This document shows, in pieces, positions 57,970-64,000 of a stretch of 64,000 nt of DNA. Location: NCBI GenBank assembly GCA_951406725.2, contig OX597821.1, positions 60,574,001 through 60,638,000 of the forward strand. Direction: 5' to 3'. Made by a program: the position numbers and the translations under genes. Within the stretch, counting starts at the first letter, position 1; each line of letters starts with the position of its first letter. Under the pieces are notes generated by a model. That model did no database searches, was not told where the DNA came from, and saw nothing but the letters and a program-made list of their open reading frames with translations. The DNA comes from Octopus vulgaris (taxonomy: Eukaryota).

Positions 57970-58360
57970 GGCACAGGAGCGGCTGTGTGATCAGAAGCTT
58001 GCTTCCCAACCACATGGTTCCGAGTTCAGTCCCACTGCGTGGCACCTTGGATAAGTGTTTCTACTAAAGCCTCGGACCGACCAAAGCCTTGTGAGTGGAT
58101 TTGGTAGACAGAAACTGAAAGAAGCCCATCATATATATATATATATATATATGTTTGTGCCTGTTTGTCCCCCCGCCATCACTTGACAACCGATGTTGGT
58201 GTGTTTACGTCCCTGTAATCTAGCGGTTCGGCATAAGAAACCGATAGAATCATCAGTACTAGGCTTACAAAGAATACGTCTTGGGGGCCATTTGTTCGAC
58301 TAAAAGCAGTGCTCCAGCATGGCCACAGTCAAATGGCTGAGACAAATAAGAGAGAAGTAA
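57970..58360 (+). mobile_element. tRNA-derived SINE
   Basis: Same family as 42911. Confidence 0.8.
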
Positions 58361-58933
58361 AAGATTAGGCCTTATACACATTATAAAGTGTTTATAAATC
58401 GTAAATACATAATAGTTTGTAAGCATCTAATTATTATAGTGGGAAAAATAGCAGAAAACCAATTTTCTATTCAGTTCTTCTTTTCAATATATATATCTCC
58501 CTGTACCTATTAACCCCTATGTCCCTGCCGTAAGGCTTTTCTTCCACACACGCCAGCTTAATTTAATTCGTCCTCAGTCGAAAGACATCTGTTATTATGT
58601 CCTGTTAATTGCATTTCTATTTGTGTAACATTTCTCTGTTTTTTCCGTCCTTGTTTTCGTATACATTCGCTGCTTTCTTCCAAGGAATCTAATGCTCTTA
58701 GCTTAGTTTTTCCTTGGAGTTGGCCAGATTGGAGCAATCTCGAGTATAACCAGCCGAAATTGCAAAGATAATCTGGAACTCCACCGACGATAGAAAACTC
58801 CCAATGACCAGTCCTTGTTTTCTTTGTATCGTCTGTCAGGATGTTTTGTCCCTTTTTTGTATCATCTTCTGTCTGGATGTTTTGCGTTCTTGTTCCCTTT
58901 TTGTATATATATATATATATATATACATACATA

Positions 58934-59044
<111 letters not shown>

Positions 59045-59056
59045 GCATATATATAA

Positions 59057-59127
<71 letters not shown>

Positions 59128-60349
59128 ATAAAACACGCACACATTGGTCAAATAATAAACAATACTGCGTTTAATGTCTTCTTACAGCCGTTATAAACGT
59201 ATCGTATTGGTAAAGTTACACTAAAATCACTGGCTTACTTTTTTGAGGACCAGGCATATTTAAGTTCGGAGACAAACACAAACTGAACCCGCATAATGAT
59301 AGTTTACTATTTATATACTTTGGACAATGGGTGTGCTGTCCTTCCTACACGCAAACATTCTGAACTGAATCCTAAAAAAAGGTTCTGTTCTTTGGCTTTT
59401 GGCAAATGCTGTTTGAAAAGCTTGCAACAGCTTCTAGATTACGCCTAGTTATGTTATCGTTCTGATTTTTCAGATGTTACGACTACAAGAATTTACTCTC
59501 TTGAATTTTTGTACTGTATGCCTCTCAACATAAATCCAATCTCATCTTTTTTGTTGCCATTTCTTAATCTAATTGATTCATAATTAAACATATATCCAAA
59601 ACATGCACCGTACCTCTGAACGTATTTTTGGCATGCTATTTTTATCTTGTTATGAACTAACAACTAAAATAAAACCTAAGTTCAAATATTGATTTCTAAC
59701 AGAGGCGCAAGAACTAAAATTTTGGAAAATGATATTAATTAAACTAACCGTAGTACTTTGCTGGTTCTACGCTTAGTTTAATTAATAATATCATTTTCCA
59801 AAATGTTAGTCCTTGTATTTTGTCGATCTTCCGGATTGATGACAAGAAAGCCTACTCCGCCGGGAGTTGAACGCAGATCCTAAGAAGATACAAGTAAGTA
59901 CCTCAACGCATTTGTGCCAATGCACTGCTGCCAAGTAAGCACTCTTCTACTGGCACGAGGGTTCTAGTTGCTCCGATCAACAACCTGCCCGTGAAATTAA
60001 CGTGAAAATAGCTGAGCACTCCACAGACACACATACCCTTAATGTGGTTCTCAGGGAGATTCAGCGTGACACAGAGTTGACATTTTTGCCGCCGAGAGGA
60101 CTGGAGCAACGTGAAATAAAGTGTCTTGCACAAGAACACAACGCGTCACCGTGAATTTATAAGCATTACTCACCTCAGAAGGTTACCAAAGTTAATCTAT
60201 TAGGGCAAGAAATAGGTTAAAAGTATATGTATACTTTCAACAATGAGAAAATATAAGTCTTTCTGGGTGTTTATTTGGTAGGTTGTCTTTAGTGAAATGT
60301 ATGTGGTATATATCAGGAATGCATAAATTACAGGGTTTGTGGTTTCCTG

Positions 60350-60870
60350 AGTAAAATTTTGTTCAAGTTATTTTCGACTTTAAGTCATAATGCATCTTAT
60401 AATCTTATATCGTAGATGCGTTCGATATTGAACCCGCATTACTTCTAGCAGTGCTGGAGAAGTGCTCGTAACTTAAAATGATTAACAGGGATGCCCATGT
60501 AGGCTTGGGTGAGATTAGGGCTGACTACACTGTACTGGTACCAACATATCTAGTTAGATTGAATTAAGACGTAGTGTACCGGATTTGAGCAATTGCAATT
60601 GAGGCTATTAGAATTAAGAGTAGTTGGGGTAGATTGACATCTTTAATACTTTAATTGACATCTTTAATGATGATTACTGAAGCGGAATTTGATGTAGCAG
60701 AGTACAAGAATTTGATCGTATTTTTATTAACTATTTTGTAGGAGTTATCTGGCAGAAAGAGATTTCCAGTAATCCGAAGAATATTTAAGCTAAGGCGGAT
60801 GCTACTGTTTGATTGAAAGAGGTTTAAACTTGATATAACGTCTTCGTTATCAGCAGTTAAGCATTTAGTA
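60350..60870 (-). mobile_element. Degenerate Penelope-like fragment
   Basis: YKIVNKNTIKFLYS...N...II resembles the PLE RT-to-endonuclease linker. Confidence 0.4.
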
Positions 60871-61239
60871 GAGGTTACGATGTGTGTGAGTGTGTGTGAA
60901 TGTATACACATGTCTGCAAATATATATACATACATACATATCTATATGTGTGTGTGCCTGTACGTGTATGTTTATTTCTTCTGTGTGTGTGTATGTGTAT
61001 GTATGTGATATGGTATAAAAATCCAATCCTTTTAACGGAATATATATTTCCCCATCTCCCGGGAGATTCGCTCTTCGAGCACCACAGTGAACTTTGAGAC
61101 ACCTCAATCCTTGCAAGGTATCAGGAACGGGAATTATACAATTAATTAAATATATAAATAAAAATAAGTAAGTTAGTACACCCTCACGTGAAACGCATTG
61201 GTTTACAAACACTTAACCTTGTAACTAAGAACACCTGCA

Positions 61240-61282
<43 letters not shown>

Positions 61283-62232
61283 CACACACACACATATATA
61301 TATACACACATGCATAAACACACACACTCATACACTCATCTTACACACGTTCATATGCACACAAATGTGCGCTTGTGTGTGTTGCGTCTATGCATACATA
61401 TCTGTATAAGTGTGCATGCAAGCATATACACCCAGAGAAGCTACGTTCACCTATTCTTACATACAAATGCACATGTGTCTATTAACACATAAGAATATTG
61501 AAAAAAATAATACGTACAGAGACAACATGTAAGAATAGAGAAAATCGATAAAAGCAGAAGATGGAGAGAGAGAGAGAGAGAAGGTGAGAAAGAGAGAGGG
61601 TGAGAGATATAGAAAGAGAAGGAGAAAGAATCTTAAAGTATCGACGATGTTTATTATAACATTGTATACGGATAAAAGATATGTATATTAAAGCATAGCA
61701 AGAGCACTCAGAGAGCTCAAACCTCCGCGAAGGTAACACCAACATTCTCTCAACGATTAACCAGAGATGATTTTTAAAATGAGAATATCTGAAATAAACT
61801 CGACTGCTCTCACAACAGAATATTAAAAATGAACCCGACCGCTCTCAAAAATTAAGTAAAAAAACAGGAAAAATAATGTATGTACACACGCAAACACATA
61901 CGAAATTGATTTTGTATTTATTTTAAATAATCGTTTATTCATTATATTGAAAATATATACAATGTTGATAGGCCGGTTGCTGCAGTTTTTGTCTGAGACA
62001 ACATCTGTTATGAATTCTGTTTATTGAAAAAAAAACAATAGATATCAGAGGGTGACGAATAAAATTCGTCCCAGTAGTGGTCAGCGAGTACACTAGATAC
62101 ATTTTGACCATTTTGGGACGATTTCTCGTCCGAGCATGTGGCTGGCTACCAGCAGACACCATTGAAAAGGTCCTACAAGGTTGAAATGCCTCTATCTTTA
62201 TGGCTGGCTGCCACTGAAATGAGTTTTTGTCG

Positions 62233-62450
62233 TCGTTAGCATGCCGGGCGAAATACTTAGTGGTATTTCGTCTGCCGCTACGTTCTGAGTTCAAACTCCG
62301 CCAAGGTTGACTTTGCCTTTCATCCTTTCGGGTTCGATAAATTAAGTACCAGTTACTCACTGGGGTTGATATAATCGACTTAATCCGTTTGTTTGTCCTT
62401 GTTTGTCCTCTCTGTGTTTAGCCCCTTGTGGGTGGTAAAGAAATAGATAT
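62233..62450 (+). mobile_element. SINE of the 33138 family
   Basis: GAGTTCAAA..CCGCC.AGGT.GACTTTGCCTTTCATCCTTTCGG. Confidence 0.75.
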
Positions 62451-63691
62451 TTACTGTGTTTTTAACATAGCACGTCCGTAAGAGATGCTATCTCAGGCTA
62501 AATATCTCAGTATCAACTGTGTATATAGACTAAATATGATAGATATTTAGATAAATAGCTATATACATACAAATATACATACTGGTTTATACTTGTAATT
62601 ATTGGGGCACTGGGATATGTAATACACTACCAAAATACTTCTCAAACCCAGAAGGAGAAAGCTGGAACTGTCAAAATCAGTAAAACTTTCCAGAAGTGTA
62701 TCATTTAAGTATATGTTTGTCTAGCTATGCAATTATATGCATTAAAATGCATACATAAAAAAATTGAAATCTGCATATATATGTACATGCATACTAAACT
62801 ACATTGTTGATGTTTAAATTCCAGTGAAGGAGCTTTGGATCTAGGTTAGAAACCGGCTCTTTCTCTATTGGCAAGAAATCTTGAAATAAGACCGAATAAT
62901 GACATACATAAATATATACTTACATACATACACATAAATAGATGAATGCATATATATATACACACACATATATATAAAGAATATACACACACATATGCAT
63001 GCCCCTATACAGATACATATACAACAGTGTATATGTGGTTTGAACTTTAATTCAAATTCATTCATACAAACATACACATATGATTGCGCATACTTATCAG
63101 TGTTAATTTCCTATTGAGTTCATGAGTAAAGGTGCAAGCGTATGCTTGTAAATGAATATATATAATGCATAGTCAGAAACAAACACATACATACATACAT
63201 ACATACATACATACATACATACATACATACATAGACACATATATACATATATGCATACATACATGAGGATGCATGCGTGCTGTATGAATGCACATGCGTA
63301 GCATGTGAGAATGTACGCATATATTGAGCACAATATTTATGTGAATTGCGAATTGTATGTGGTTTTGTATATGTAAACAGTTGTATATATTTATACGTAA
63401 ATATGTAAACTTCTCATTTGCACATACGAATATTACACACACACATATATATATATGAATGTATATATATTATTCCACGTCAGAACCGATTATATCACTG
63501 ACTTTTTGAATTCATATTGCATAATCACGTGACTCTAATGGTATTTCAAAGAATATTTTATCGATTTCCATGACAAAACTATAAATACACCGCCCAGAAT
63601 ATTTCAATCTCAAGTCCAAAAGTGTTTCGAGACGAAACTCTAGAAGCCTGTGTAATCTCTGGGGTAATAATAATAATGATAATAATGATAA

Positions 63692-63735
<44 letters not shown>

Positions 63736-63745
63736 ATAATAATGA

Positions 63746-63776
<31 letters not shown>

Positions 63777-64000
63777 AAGAAGAAGAAGAAGAAGAAGAAG
63801 AAGAAGAAGAAGAAGAAGAAGAAGAAGAAGAAGAAGAAGAAGAAGAAGAAGAAGAAGAAGAAAAAAAATGCCCTGATGCAGTACCAGACAGTGGCTCTCA
63901 TGGTTTCTGATCTTAACTGATTGGAAGTGTTATCATGTACATTGTTTTGTCTTGGTATAAAAGATGGCCTACAGTAAATATTCTACCACAGATGTGCTTG

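Overview
AT-rich, microsatellite-saturated eukaryotic DNA. The SINE families, the (TA)n/(TCTA)n/(TAA)n tracts and the gene type suggest an octopus or other coleoid cephalopod; this is inference. The window holds the 3' part of one long + strand spliced gene whose 5' end lies upstream. It has 15 tandem, phase 1-1, single-exon 8-cysteine chitin-binding-like modules (ChtBD2/peritrophin-A related; 2821-40521). Four exons follow (42399-53087) that splice in frame into a C-terminal laminin-G/concanavalin-A-like domain and stop. This is a Pif/LamG3-ChtBD2-like architecture of about 1200 aa within the window. Ten of the modules are almost identical, two half-exons are present, and one chimeric exon has a GC donor. 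The introns are filled with tRNA-derived SINEs, Tc1/mariner relics, LINE fragments (CR1, L1/Tx1, RTE, R4/Dong) and Penelope-like (PLE) fragments. Several PLE-type inserts in (TA)n tracts form fold-backs, and some carry type I hammerhead ribozyme motifs, both canonical and variant-core. Nearly all other ORFs in the track are microsatellite artefacts. All family names come from motif recognition by eye, not from database searches.
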